64,000 nucleotides of DNA from Raillietiella orientalis. Taxonomy: Eukaryota. Below the pieces are notes generated by a model. That model did not search any database. It was not told the DNA's origin and saw nothing but the letters and a program-made list of their open reading frames with translations. Position numbers and translations under genes: made by a program. The stretch lies in assembly GCA_036172245.1 (NCBI GenBank), contig JAYWIR010000071.1:1-64000 (forward strand). The letters run 5' to 3'. Every line of letters begins with the position of its first letter. Position 1 is the first letter of the stretch. Shown piece by piece: positions 37,106 through 50,700 of this stretch.

Positions 37106-37954
37106 GCGAGACTTGGGTGCGCGGATTTCAAGCAAGATTCATCCCACGATTTAATAGCACCCCTACTGGATTCTTCCGTAACAGAGTTGCGCGCACCACG
37201 CTGACGGCGCACACAGTGAGCCCTCATCTGACGGCATCGCGGAGAGCCTCTCCGAGCCACGTGCAGAGGACCGCGATGCTGGCGGGCGGTGTCCGGCCAT
37301 GGCCCGCATGATGAGTCGGAAGGCACTCAGTCGTGCTGTCCGGACAGCGGCCTCAGAGAGATGAGTCGAGATGCTTTCATGAGGACGAAGCGAGAAGTTG
37401 CTCCAAGTCAAGTGGGAGCAATGTACAGGTATATAGGTACATCTCCGTCTGCAGGTTGAGCACGCGGAAGTAAGCCAAGCTGAGGTACCGCTGGCTGACG
37501 GATCCGGACGAACGGGTGGCCTGCGTCAGAGGCCACGCGGTTACGGTCTCCGCGCGTCGTACCAAGCATTCGAATTCTCGGAAAGAATCGACGTCAGAGA
37601 GATAGGAGGGTGCGCAGCGAGTTTCCCCTGTAAGATGAAGGCTTGGTTGGCCTACAAGAATGTTCGAGTGCGGCACGGTTAACTGTTAAAAACGGATGGC
37701 CCGAGGAGTGGCCGGAATCGGAAGTCGACCTGTCATAGGGGCCTTCCAGGAAACCGAATCCAGGAGTGGTAGTATCCTTCCTGTTGTGCACATCAGCGAA
37801 CCTTCCCTTCGCCGTGAGGGGGACCCTCCGTTCCGTTCTTCGAAATCGGTGCAAGCAATCCGACACGCTCCCTTGCACTTCCTTCCAGAGTGCAAGAAAG
37901 CGTGCCGCTCCTTTCAGGGAGCGCCCTTCCGAGAAAATTGGTAGCCTTCTTTCT

Positions 37955-38160
37955 GGTAGCGTTCCTTTGGAATTCCCTTCGGAGGGGTAAACTGGAGCGA
38001 TTCCCACGCGTGTTCCCTGCGGAAAAGAAATTACGGTAACGAATGCTTTCCGGGTTCCCTTCGGAGGCAACCAGGATGGAGATTTTCTTCGGGAATCCCT
38101 TCCCAGGCGCGAGAGCAACGGACTCCCTTCTCTGGAGCCTATGCTGGATTCACAGGGTGG
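37955..38160 (+). repeat. Dispersed repeat (copy 2); may extend left to ~37750
   Basis: Homologous to the reverse complement of 9483-9705. Possible terminal inverted motif gaatccag (37756) / ctggattc (~38144). Confidence 0.7.
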
Positions 38161-38766
38161 TGTCCTCCCGGGGTACCGTTTATCTTGAAGAATCACACGC
38201 ATATTCGGGTGGCGTGTTGAGCACTGGTTAAAGAGCTGCGTGGACCGTCAGGCGCGCAACGTTTCTTAAGGTACTCGGCGAGCCAAAAGAAAAGCTGAAA
38301 GGAAAACTGAGAAGACGGAAAAGAACCGCCCAAATTCCCATCATCCTGCGACTCAACGATCGTATCCCAGGACATTGTTTGCACCCATCCTTTGTCTTGA
38401 GAAGCGTGTAGAGGGCGGCATCGTTGACCACGAATTGATCCCCGTTCCCTCTCGCACTCGCTCCGAAGACTCGTGCGTTTCTTCATGGATGCGAGGACTG
38501 GTCGCGGTCCTTCCAGGTTTGCGTCTTTCTCACGCCGCCACCAGTCCGTCTGCAAGCATCAAGCTGGCACCCACTAGACGGAACGGGCTAGTTTGAATGC
38601 CGCGTTCGTACACGTGGAGACCATGGGTGCAGGCGCGTGCCTGTCCACGACTTTAGGAGACCGTGGTGTGCACTTGTTTCTGCGAAAGCGAAAATCGGCG
38701 TGGGATGCAGACCGCAAGGGTACACGTCGTTCCTTCGTTCGGCTTTACCACTGACATTCGTCTAAG

Positions 38767-41700
38767 CGTGTTGTTTTCATGGCAACCACTGTCGGAGTTA
38801 AAAAGTGAATTTTTTAATTCGATATGATTCATTTTATGGTACAAATTTACATCTTTTGCTGGTTTGTAATCAATTCGTATTACGGAGATTTCACCATTGC
38901 ACTGTTGCGCTTTTTCACGAAGCATCCGTTGGCAGCGCGAGGAAATCTACCGTCATGGATAACCGCACCACCTTACGATTTCCTGGTTTCAGAGGTGGAT
39001 TAAGAAAAGTGCGACATTTGATTAGGGTGGGACACGTTGCACTCCGTGTTGTATTCATGGCAACCACTGTCGGAGTTAAAAAGTGAATTTTTTAATTCGA
39101 TATGATTCATTTTATGGCACAAATTGCCATCTTTTGCTGGTTTGTAATCAATTCGAAGTGAGGAGATTTCACCATGCACTGTTGCGCTTTTTCACGAAGC
39201 ATCCGTTGGCAACCCGTGGCAATCTCCCTTCATGGAAAGACGCACCACCTTGCGATTTCCTGGATTCAGAGGTGGAATAAAAAAAGTCCCACATTTGATT
39301 AGGGTGGGACACTTTGCATTCCGTGTTGTTTTCATCGCAACCATTCGGAATGAGAAGGGGAATTTTTTTATTCGATCTGAATCATTTTATGGTACAAATT
39401 TACATCTTTTGCTGGTTTGTAATCAATTCGAAGTGAGGAGATTTCACCATGCACTCTTGCGCTTTTTCACGAAGCATCCGTTGGCAGCCCGAGGCAATCT
39501 ACCGTCATGGATAACCGCACCACCTTGCGATTTCCTGGTTTCAGAAAAGGATTAAGAAAAGTCCGACATTTGATTAGGCTGGGGCACTTTGCACACCGTG
39601 TTGTTTCGATGGGAACCACTGTCGGAGTTAAAAAGTGAATTTTTTTATTCGATCTCATTCACGGTATGGTATAAATTTACATCTTTTGGTGGTTTGTAAT
39701 CTATTCGTAGTACGGTGATTCCACCATTGCACTTTTGCGCTTCTTCACGAAGCATCCGTTGGCAGCCCGAGGCAATCTACCGTCATGGATAACCGCACCA
39801 TCATGCGATTTCCTGGTTTCAGAGGTGGATTGAGAAAATTCCCACATTTCATTAGGGCGGGGCACTTTGAACTCCGTGTTGTTTTCATGGCAACCACTAT
39901 CGGAATTAGAAAGTAAATTATTTAATTCGATCTGATTCATTTTATGGTACAAATTTCCATCTTTTGCTGGTTTGTAATCAATTCGAAGTGAGGAGATTTC
40001 ACCATGCACTGTTGCGCTTTTTCACGAAGCATCCGTTGGCAGCGCGAGGCAATCTACCGTCATGGATAACCGCACCACCTTACGATTTCCTGGTTTCAAA
40101 GGTGGATTAAGAAAAGTCCGACATTTGATTAGGGTGGGACACTTTGCTCTCCGTGTTGTTTTCATGGCAACCACTGTCGGAGTTAAAAAGTGAATTTTTT
40201 AATTCGATATGATTCATTTTATGGTACAAATTTACATCTTTTGCTGGTTTGTAATCAATTCGTATTACGGAGATTTCACCATTGCACTGTTGCGCTTTTT
40301 CACGAAGCATCCGTTGGCAGCGCGAGGCAATCTACCGTCATGGATAACCGCACCACCTTACGATTTCCTGGTTTCAGAGGTGGATTAAGAAAAGTGCGAC
40401 ATTTGATTAGGGTGGGACACGTTGCACTCCGTGTTGTATTCATGGCAACCACTGTCGGAGTTAAAAAGTGAATTTTTTAATTCGATATGATTCATTTTAT
40501 GGTACAAATTGCCATCTTTTGCTGGTTTGTAATCAATTCGAAGTGAGGAGATTTCACCATGCACTGTTGCGCTTTTTCACGAAGCATCCGTTGGCAGCGC
40601 GAGGCAATCTACCGTCATGGATAACCGCACAACCTTCCGATTTCCTGGTTTCAGAGGTGGATTAAGAAAAGTGCGACATTTGATTAGGGTGGGACACGTT
40701 GCACTCCGTGTTGTTTTCATGGCAACCACTGTCGGAATTAGAAAGAGAATTATTTAATTCGATCTGATTCATAGTGTGGTACAAATTTCCATCTTTTGCT
40801 GGTTTGTAATCAATTCAAAGTGAGGAGATTTCACCATGCACTGTTGCGCTTTTTCACGAAGCATCCGTTGGCAACCCGTGGCAATCTCCCTTCATGGAAA
40901 GACGCACCACCTTGCGATTTCCTGGATTCAGAGGTGGAATAAAAAAACTCCCACATTTGATTAGGGTGGGACACTTTGCATTTCGTGTTGTTTTCATCGC
41001 AACCATTCGGAATGAGAAGGGGAATTTTTTTATTCGATCTGAATCATTTTATGGTACAAATTTACATCTTTTCCTGGTTTGTAATCAATTCGAAGTGAGG
41101 AGATTTCACCATGCACTCTTGCGCTTTTTCACGAAGCATCCGTTGGCAGCGCGAGGAAATCTACAGGCATAGATCACCACACTACCTTGCGATTTCCTGC
41201 GTTTAGAGGTGGATGAAGAATAGTCCGACATTTCATTAGGGCGGGGCACTTTGCACTCCGTGTTGTTGTCATGGCAACCACTGTCGGAATTCATAAGTGA
41301 ATTATTTAATTCGATCTGATTCACGGTATGGTAAAAATTTACATCTTTTGCTGGTTTGTAATCAATTCGTAGTACGGAGATTTCACCATTGCACTTTTGC
41401 GCTTCTTCACGAAGCATCCGTTGGCAGCGCGAGGAAATCTACCGGCATAGATCACCACACTACCTTGCGATTTCCTGCGTTTAGAGGTGGATGAAGAACA
41501 GTCCGACATTTCATTAGGGCGGGGCACTTTGCACGCCGTGTTGTTTTCATGGCAACCACTGTCGGAATTGAAGTGCGTAATATTTAATTCGATCTGATTC
41601 ACGGTATGGTATAAATTTACATCTTTTGCTGGTTTGTAATCAATTCGAAGTGAGGAGATTTCACCATGCACTCTTGCGCTTTTTCACGAAGCATCCGTTG

Positions 41701-44700
41701 GCAGCCCGAGGCAATCTACCGTCATGGATAACCGCACCACCTTGCGATTTCGTGGTTTCAGAGGAGGATTAAGAAAAGTCCGACATTTGATTAGGCTAGG
41801 GCACTTTGCACACCGTGTTGTTTCGATGGGAACCACTCTCGGAGTTCAAAAGTGAATTTTTTTATTCGATCTCATTCACGGTATGGTATAAATTTACATC
41901 TTTTGGTGGTTTGTAATCTATTCGTAGTACGGTGAATCCACCATTGCACTTTTGCGCTTCTTCACGAAGCATCCGTTGGCAGCACGTGGAAATCTACCGG
42001 CATGGATCACCACACTTCCTTGCGATTTCCGGCGTTTAGAGGTGGATTAAGAAAAGTCCGACATTTGATTAGAGTGGGACACGTTGCACTCCGTGTTGTT
42101 TTGATAACAACCACTGTCGGAGTTAAAAAGTGAATTTTTTAATTCGATCTGATTCATGGTATGGTATAAATTTACATCTTTTGGCGGTTTGTAATCAATT
42201 CGAAGTGAGGAGATTTCACCATGCACTGTTGCGCTTTATCAAGAGGCATCCGTTGCAGCGCAAGGCAATCTACCGTCATGGATCACCGCACAACCTTCCG
42301 ATTTCCTGGTTTCAAAGGTGGATTAAGAAAAGAACCACATTTGATTAGGGTGGGACACTTTGCTCTCCGTGTTGTTTTGATAAAAACCACTGTCGGAGTT
42401 AAAATGTGAATTTTTTAATTCGACCTGATTCATGGTATGGTATAAATTTACATCTTTTGCTGGTTTGTAATGAATTCGAAGTAAGGAGATTTCACCATGC
42501 ACTGTTGCGCTTTTTCACGAAGCATCCGTTGGCAACCCGTGGCAATCTCCCTTCATGGAAAGACGCACCACCTTGCGATTTCCTGGATTCAGAGGTGGAA
42601 TAAAAAAAGTCCCACATTTGATTAGGGTGGGACACTTTGCATTCCGTGTTGTTTTCATCGCAACCATTCGGAATGAGAAGGGGAATTTTTTTATTCGATC
42701 TGAATCATTTTATGGTACAAATTTACATCTTTTGCTGGTTTGTAATCAATTCGAAGTGAGGAGATTTCACCATGCACTCTTGCGCTTTTTCACGAAGCAT
42801 CCGTTGGCAGCCCGAGGCAATCTACCGTCATGGATAACCGCACCACCTTGCGATTTCCTGGTTTCAGAAAAGGATTAAGAAAAGTCCGACATTTGATTAG
42901 GCTGGGGCACTTTGCACACCGTGTTGTTTCGATGGGAACCACTGTCGGAGTTAAAAAGTGAATTTTTTTATTCGATCTCATTCACGGTATGGTATAAATT
43001 TACATCTTTTGGTGGTTTGTAATCTATTCGTAGTACGGTGATTCCACCATTGCACTTTTGCGCTTCTTCACGAAGCATCCGTTGGCAGCCCGAGGCAATC
43101 TACCGTCATGGATAACCGCACCATCATGCCATTTCCTGGTTTCAGAGGTGGATTGAGAAAATTCCCACATTTCATTAGGGCGGGGCACTTTGCACTCCGT
43201 GTTGTTTTCATGGCAACCACTATCGGAATTAGAAAGTAAATTATTTAATTCGATCTGATTCATTTTATGGTACAAATTTCCATCTTTTGCTGGTTTGTAA
43301 TCAATTCGAAGTGAGGAGATTTCACCATGCACTGTTGCGCTTTTTCACGAAGCATCCGTTGGCAGCGCGAGGCAATCTACCGTCATGGATAACCGCACCA
43401 CCTTACGATTTCCTGGTTTCAAAGGTGGATTAAGAAAAGTCCGACATTTGATTAGGGTGGGACACTTTGCTCTCCGTGTTGTTTTCATGGCAACCACTGT
43501 CGGAGTTAAAAAGTGAATTTTTTAATTCGATATGATTCATTTTATGGTACAAATTTACATCTTTTGCTGGTTTGTAATCAATTCGTATTACGGAGATTTC
43601 ACCATTGCACTGTTGCGCTTTTTCACGAAGCATCCGTTGGCAGCGCGAGGCAATCTACCGTCATGGATAACCGCACCACCTTACGATTTCCTGGTTTCAG
43701 AGGTGGATTAAGAAAAGTGCGACATTTGATTAGGGTGGGACACGTTGCACTCCGTGTTGTATTCATGGCAACCACTGTCGGAGTTAAAAAGTGAATTTTT
43801 TAATTCGATATGATTCATTTTATGGTACAAATTGCCATCTTTTGCTGGTTTGTAATCAATTCGAAGTGAGGAGATTTCACCATGCACTGTTGCGCTTTTT
43901 CACGAAGCATCCGTTGGCAACCCGTGGCAATCTCCCTTCATGGAAAGACGCACCACCTTGCGATTTCCTGGATTCAGAGGTGGAATAAAAAAACTCCCAC
44001 ATTTGATTAGGGTGGGACACTTTGCATTCCGTGTTGTTTTCATCGCAACCATTCGGAATGAGAAGGGGAATTTTTTTATTCGATCTGAATCATTTTATGG
44101 TACAAATTTACATCTTTTCCTGGTTTGTAATCAATTCGAAGTGAGGAGATTTCACCATGCACTCTTGCGCTTTTTCACGAAGCATCCGTTGGCAGCCCGA
44201 GGCAATCTACCGTCATGGATAACCGCACCACCTTGCGATTTCCTGGTTTCAGAAAAGGATTAAGAAATGTCCGACATTTGATTAGGCTGGGGCACTTTGC
44301 ACACCGTGTTGTTTCGATGGGAACCACTGTCGGAGTTAAAAAGTGAATTTTTTTATTCGATCTCATTCACGGTATGGTATAAATTTACATCTTTTGGTGG
44401 TTTGTAATCTATTCGTAGTACGGTGATTCCACCATTGCACTTTTGCGCTTCTTCACGAAGCATCCGTTGGCAGCCCGAGGCAATCTACCGTCATGGATAA
44501 CCGCACCATCATGCGATTTCCTGGTTTCAGAGGTGGATTGAGAAAATTCCCACATTTCATTAGGGCGGGGCACTTTGAACTCCGTGTTGTTTTCATCGCA
44601 ACCACTATCGGAATTAGAAAGTAAATTATTTAATTCGATCTGATTCATTTTATGGTACAAATTTCCATCTTTTGCTGGTTTGTTATCAATTCGAAGTGAG

Positions 44701-47700
44701 GAGATTTCACCATGCACTGTTGCGCTTTTTCACGAAGCATCCGTTGGCAGCGCTAGGCAATCTACCGTCATGGATAACCGCACCACCTTACGATTTCCTG
44801 GTTTCAAAGGTGGATTAAGAAAAGTCCGACATTTGATTAGGGTGGGACACTTTGCTCTCCGTGTTGTTTCCATGGCAACCACTGTCGGAGTTAAAAAGTG
44901 AATTTTTTAATTCGATATGATTCATTTTATGGTACAAATTTACATGTTTTGCTGGTTTGTAATCAATTCGTATTACGGAGATTTCACCATTGCACTGTTG
45001 CGCTTTTTCACGAAGCATCCGTTGGCAGCGCGAGGAAATCTACCGTCATGGATAACCGCACCACCTTACGATTTCCTGGTTTCAGAGGTGGATTAAGAAA
45101 AGTGCGACATTTGATTAGGGTGGGACACGTTGCACTCCGTGTTGTTTTCATGGCAACCACTGTCGGAGTTAAAAAGTGAATTTTTTAATTCGATATGATT
45201 CATTTTATGGTACAAATTGCCATCTTTTGCTGGTTTGTAATCAATTCGCAGTGAGGAGATTTCACCATGCACTGTTGCGCTTTTTCACGAAACATACGTT
45301 GGCTGTGCGAGGCAATCTCCCTGTCATGGATAACCGCACAACCTTCCGATTTCCTGGTTTCAGAGGTGGATTAAGAAAAGTGCGACATTTGATTAGGGTG
45401 GGACACGTTGCACTCCGTGTTGTTTTCATGGCAACCACTGTCGGAATTAGAAAGAGAATTATTTAATTCGATCTGATTCATAGTGCGGTACAAATTTCCA
45501 TCTTTTGCTGGTTTGTAATCAATTCAAAGTGAGGAGATTTCACCATGCACTGTTGCGCTTTTTCACGAAGCATCCGTTGGCAACCCGTGGCAATCTCCCT
45601 TCATGGAAAGACGCACCACCTTGCGATTTCCTGGATTCAGAGGTGGAATAAAAAAACTCCCACATTTGATTAGGGTGGGACACTTTGCATTTCGTGTTGT
45701 TTTCATCGCAACCATTCGGAATGAGAAGGGGAATTTTTTTATTCGATCTGAATCATTTTATGGTACAAATTTACATCTTTTCCTGGTTTGTAATCAATTC
45801 GAAGTGAGGAGATTTCACCATGCACTTTTGCGCTTTTTCACGAAGCATCCGTTGGCAGCGCGAGGAAATCTACAGGCATAAATCACCACACTACCTTGCG
45901 ATTTCCTGCGTTTAGAGGAGGATGAAGAATAGTCCGACATTTCATTAGGGCGGGGCACTTTGCACTCCGTGTTGTTGTCATGGCAACCACTGTCGGAATT
46001 CATAAGTGAATTATTTAATTCGATCTGATTCACGGTATGGTAAAAATTTACATCTTTTGCTGGTTTGTAATCAATTCGTAGTACGGAGATTTCACCATTG
46101 CACTTTTGCGCTTCTTCACGAAGCATCCGTTGGCAGCGCGAGGAAATCTACCGGCATAGATCACCACACTACCTTGCGATTTCCTGCGTTTAGAGGTGGA
46201 TGAAGAACAGTCCGACATTTCATTAGGGCGGGGCACTTTGCACGCCGTGTTGTTTTCATGGCAACCACTGTCGGAATTGAAGTGCGTAATATTTAATTCG
46301 ATCTGATTCACGGTATGGTATAAATTTACATCTTTTGCTGGTTTGTAATCAATTCGAAGTGAGGCGATTTCACCATGCACTCTTGCGCTTTTTCACGAAG
46401 CATCCGTTGGCAGCCCGAGCCAATCTACCGTCATGGATAACCGCACCACCTTGCGATTTCGTGGTTTCAGAGGAGGATTAAGAAAAGTCCGACATTTGAT
46501 TAGGCTAGGGCACTTTGCACACCGTGTTGTTTCGATGGGAACCACTCTCGGAGTTCAAAAGTGAATTTTTTTATTCGATCTCATTCACGGTATGGTATAA
46601 ATTTACATCTTTTGGTGGTTTGTAATCTATTCGTAGTACGGTGAATCCACCATTGCACTTTTGCGCTTCTTCACGAAGCATCCGTTGGCAGCACGTGGAA
46701 ATCTACCGGCATGGATCACCACACTTCCTTGCGATTTCCGGCGTTTAGAGGTGGATTAAGAAAAGTCCGACATTTGATTAGGGTGGGACACTTTGCACTC
46801 CGTGTTGTTTTGATAACAACCACTGTCGGAGTTAAAAAGTGAATTTTTTTTTTCGATCTCATTCACGGTATGGTATAAATTTACATCTTTTGGTGGTTTG
46901 TAATCTATTCGTAGTACGGTGATTCCACCATTGCACTTTTGCGCTTCTTCACGAAGCATCCGTTGGCAGCCCGAGGCAATCTACCGTCATGGATAACCGC
47001 ACCATCATGCGATTTCCTGGTTTCAGAGGTGGATTGAGAAAATTCCCACATTTCATTAGGACGGGGCACTTTGCACTCCGTGTTGTTTTCATGGCAACCA
47101 CTATCGGAATTAAAAAGCGAATTATTTAATTCGATCTGATTCATTTTATGGTACAAATTTCCATCTTTTGCTGGTTTGTAATCAATTCGAAGTGAGGAGA
47201 TTTCACCATGCACTGTTGCGCTTTTTCACGAAGCATCCGTTGGCAGCGCTAGGCAATCTACCGTCATGGATAACCGCACCACCTTACGATTTCCTGGTTT
47301 CGAAGGTGGATTAAGAAAAGTCCGACATTTGATTAGGGTGGGACACTTTGCTCTCCGTGTTGTTTTCATGGCAACCACTGTCGGAGTTAAAAAGTGAATT
47401 TTTTAATTCGATATGATTCATTTTATGGTACAAATTTACATCTTTTGCTGGTTTGTAATCAATTCGTATTACGGAGATTTCACCATTGCACTGTTGCGCT
47501 TTTTCACGAAGCATCCGTTGGCAGCGCGAGGCAATCTACCGTCATGGATAACCGCACCACCTTACGATTTCCTGGTTTCAGAGGTGGATTAAGAAAAGTG
47601 CGACATTTGATTAGGGTGGGACACGTTGCACTCCGTGTTGTAATCATGGCAACCACTGTCGGAGTTAAAAAGTGAATTTTTTAATTCGATATGATTCATT

Positions 47701-50700
47701 TTATGGTACAAATTTCCATCTTTTGCTGGTTTGTAATCAATTCGAAGTGAGGAGATTTAACCATGCACTGTTCCGCTTTTTCACGAAGCATCCGTTGGCA
47801 GCGCGAGGCAATCTACCGTCATGGATAACCGCACCACCTTGCCATTTCCTGGTTTCAGAGGTGGATTAAGAAAAGTGCGACATTTGATTAGGGTGGACAC
47901 GTTGAACTCCGTGTTGTTTTGATATCAACCACTATCGGAATTAGAAAGTGAATTATTTAAGTCGATCTCATTCATTTTATGGTACAAATTTACATCTTTT
48001 GCTGGTTTGTAATCAATTCGAAGTGAGGATATTTCACCATGCACTTTTGCACTATTTCACGAAGCATCCGTTGGCAGCGCGAGGCAATCTACCGTCATGG
48101 ATAACCGCACCACCTTACGATTTCCTGGTTCCAGAGGTGGATTAAGAAAAGTCCGACATTTGATTAGGGTGGGACACTTTGCACTCCGTATTGTTTTCAT
48201 GGCAACCACTGTCGGAATTAGAAAGTGAATTATTTAATTCGATCTGAATCATTTTATGGTACAAATTTACATCTTTTGCTGGTTTGTAATGGTTTCGAAG
48301 TAAGGAGATTTCACCATTGCACTTTTGCGCTTCTTCACGAAGCATCCATTGGCAGCGCGAGGAAATCTACTGGCATAGATCAGCACACTACCTTGAGATT
48401 TCCTGAGTTTCAAGGTGGATGAAGAATAGTCCGACATTTCATTAGGGCGGGGCACTTTGCAATCCGTGTGGTTGTCATGGCAACCACTGTCGGAAATGAT
48501 AAGTGAATTATTTAATTCGATCTGATTCACGGTATGGTGAAAATTTACATCTCTTGCTGGTTTGTAATCAATTCGTAGCACGGAGATTTCACCATTGCAC
48601 TTTTGCGCTTCTTCACGGAGCATCCGTTGGCAGCGCGAGGAAATCTACCGGCCTAGATCACCACACTACCTTGCGATTTCCTGCGTTTAGAGGTGGATGA
48701 AGAACAGTCCGACATTTCATTAGGGCGGGGCACTTTGCACGCCGTGTTGTTTTCATAGCAACCACTGTCGGAATTGAAGTGCGTAATATTTAATTCGATC
48801 TGATTCACGGTATGGTATAAATTTACATCTTTTGCTGGTTTGTAATCAATTCGAAGTCAGGAGATTTCACCATGCACTGTTGCGCTTTTTCACGAAGCAT
48901 CCGTTGGCAGCGCGAGGCAATCTACCGTCATGGATAACCGCACAACCTTCCGATTTCCGGGTTTGAGAGGTAGATTAAGAAAAGACGGACATTTGATTAG
49001 AGTGGGACACGTTGCACTCCGTGTTGTTTTGATAACAACCACTGTCGGAGTTAAAAAGTGAATTTTTTAATTCGATCTGATTCATGGTATGGTATAAATT
49101 TACATCTTTTGGTGGTTTGTAATCAATTCGAAGTGAGGAGATTTCACTATGCACTGTTGCGCTTTTTCAAGAAGCATCCGTTGCAGCGCAAGGCAATCTA
49201 CCGTCATGGATCACCGCACAACCTTCCGATTTCCTGGTTTCAAAGGTGGATTAAGAAAAGTCCGACATTTGATTAGGGTGGGACACTTTGCTCTCCGTGT
49301 TGTTTTGATAAAAACCACTGTCGGAGTTAAAATGTGAATTTTTTAATTCGACCTGATTCATGGTATGGTATAAATTTACATCTTTTGCTGGTTTGGAATC
49401 AATTCGAAGTGAGGAGATTTCACCATGCACTGTTGCGCTTTTTCACGCAGCATCCGTTGGCAGCGCGAGGCAATCTACCTTAATGGATAACCGCACTATC
49501 ATGCGATTTCCTGGTCTCAGAGGTGGATTAAGAAAAGTGCGACATTTGATTAGGGTGGGACACGTTGCACTCCGTGTTGTTTTCATGGCAACCACTATCG
49601 GAATTAGAAAGTGAATTATTTAATTCGATCTGAATCATTTTATGGTACAAATTTACATCTTTTGCTGGTTTGTAATGGTTTCGAAGTAAGGAGATTTCAC
49701 CATTGCACTTTTGCGCTTCTTCACGAAGCATCCATTGGCAGCGCGAGGAAATCTACTGGCATAGATCAGCACACTACCTTGAGATTTCCTGAGTTTCAAG
49801 GTGGATGAAGAATAGTCCGACATTTCATTAGGGCGGGGCACTTTGCAATCCGTGTGGTTGTCATGGCAACCACTGTCGGAAATGATAAGTGAATTATTTA
49901 ATTCGATCTGATTCACGGTATGGTATAAATTTACATCTTTTGGTGGTTTGTAATCAATTCGAAGTGAGGAGATTTCACCATGCACTGTTGCGCTTTTTCA
50001 CGAAACATCCGTTGGCAGCCCGAGGCAATCTACCGTCATGGATAACCGCACCATCATACGATTTCCTGGTTTCAGAGGTGGATTGAGAAAATTCCCACAT
50101 TTCATTAGGGCGGGGCACTTTGCACTTCGTGTTGTTTTCATGGCAACCACTATCGGAATTAGAAAGTAAATTATTTAATTCGATCTGATTCATTTTATGA
50201 TACAAATTTCCATCTTTTGCTGGTTTGTAATCAATTCGAAGTGAGGAGATTTCACCATGCACTGTTGCGCTTTTTCACGAAGCATCCGTTGGCAGCCCGA
50301 GCCAATCTACCGTCATGGATAACAGCACCACCTTGCGATTTCGTGGTTTCAGAGGAGGATTAAGAAAAGTCCGACATTTGATTAGGCTAGGGCACTTTGC
50401 ACACCGTGTTGTTTCGATGGGAACCACTCTCGGAGTTCAAAAGTGAATTTTTTTATTCGATCTCATTCACGGTATGGTATAAATTTACATCTTTTGGTGG
50501 TTTGTAATCTATTCGTAGTACGGTGAATCCACCATTGCACTTTTGCGCTTCTTCACGAAGCATCCGTTGGCAGCACGTGGAAATCTACCGGCATGGATCA
50601 CCACACTTCCTTGCGATTTCCGGCGTTTAGAGGTGGATTAAGAAAAGTCCGACATTTGATTAGGGTGGGACACTTTGCACTCCGTGTTGTTTTGATAACA

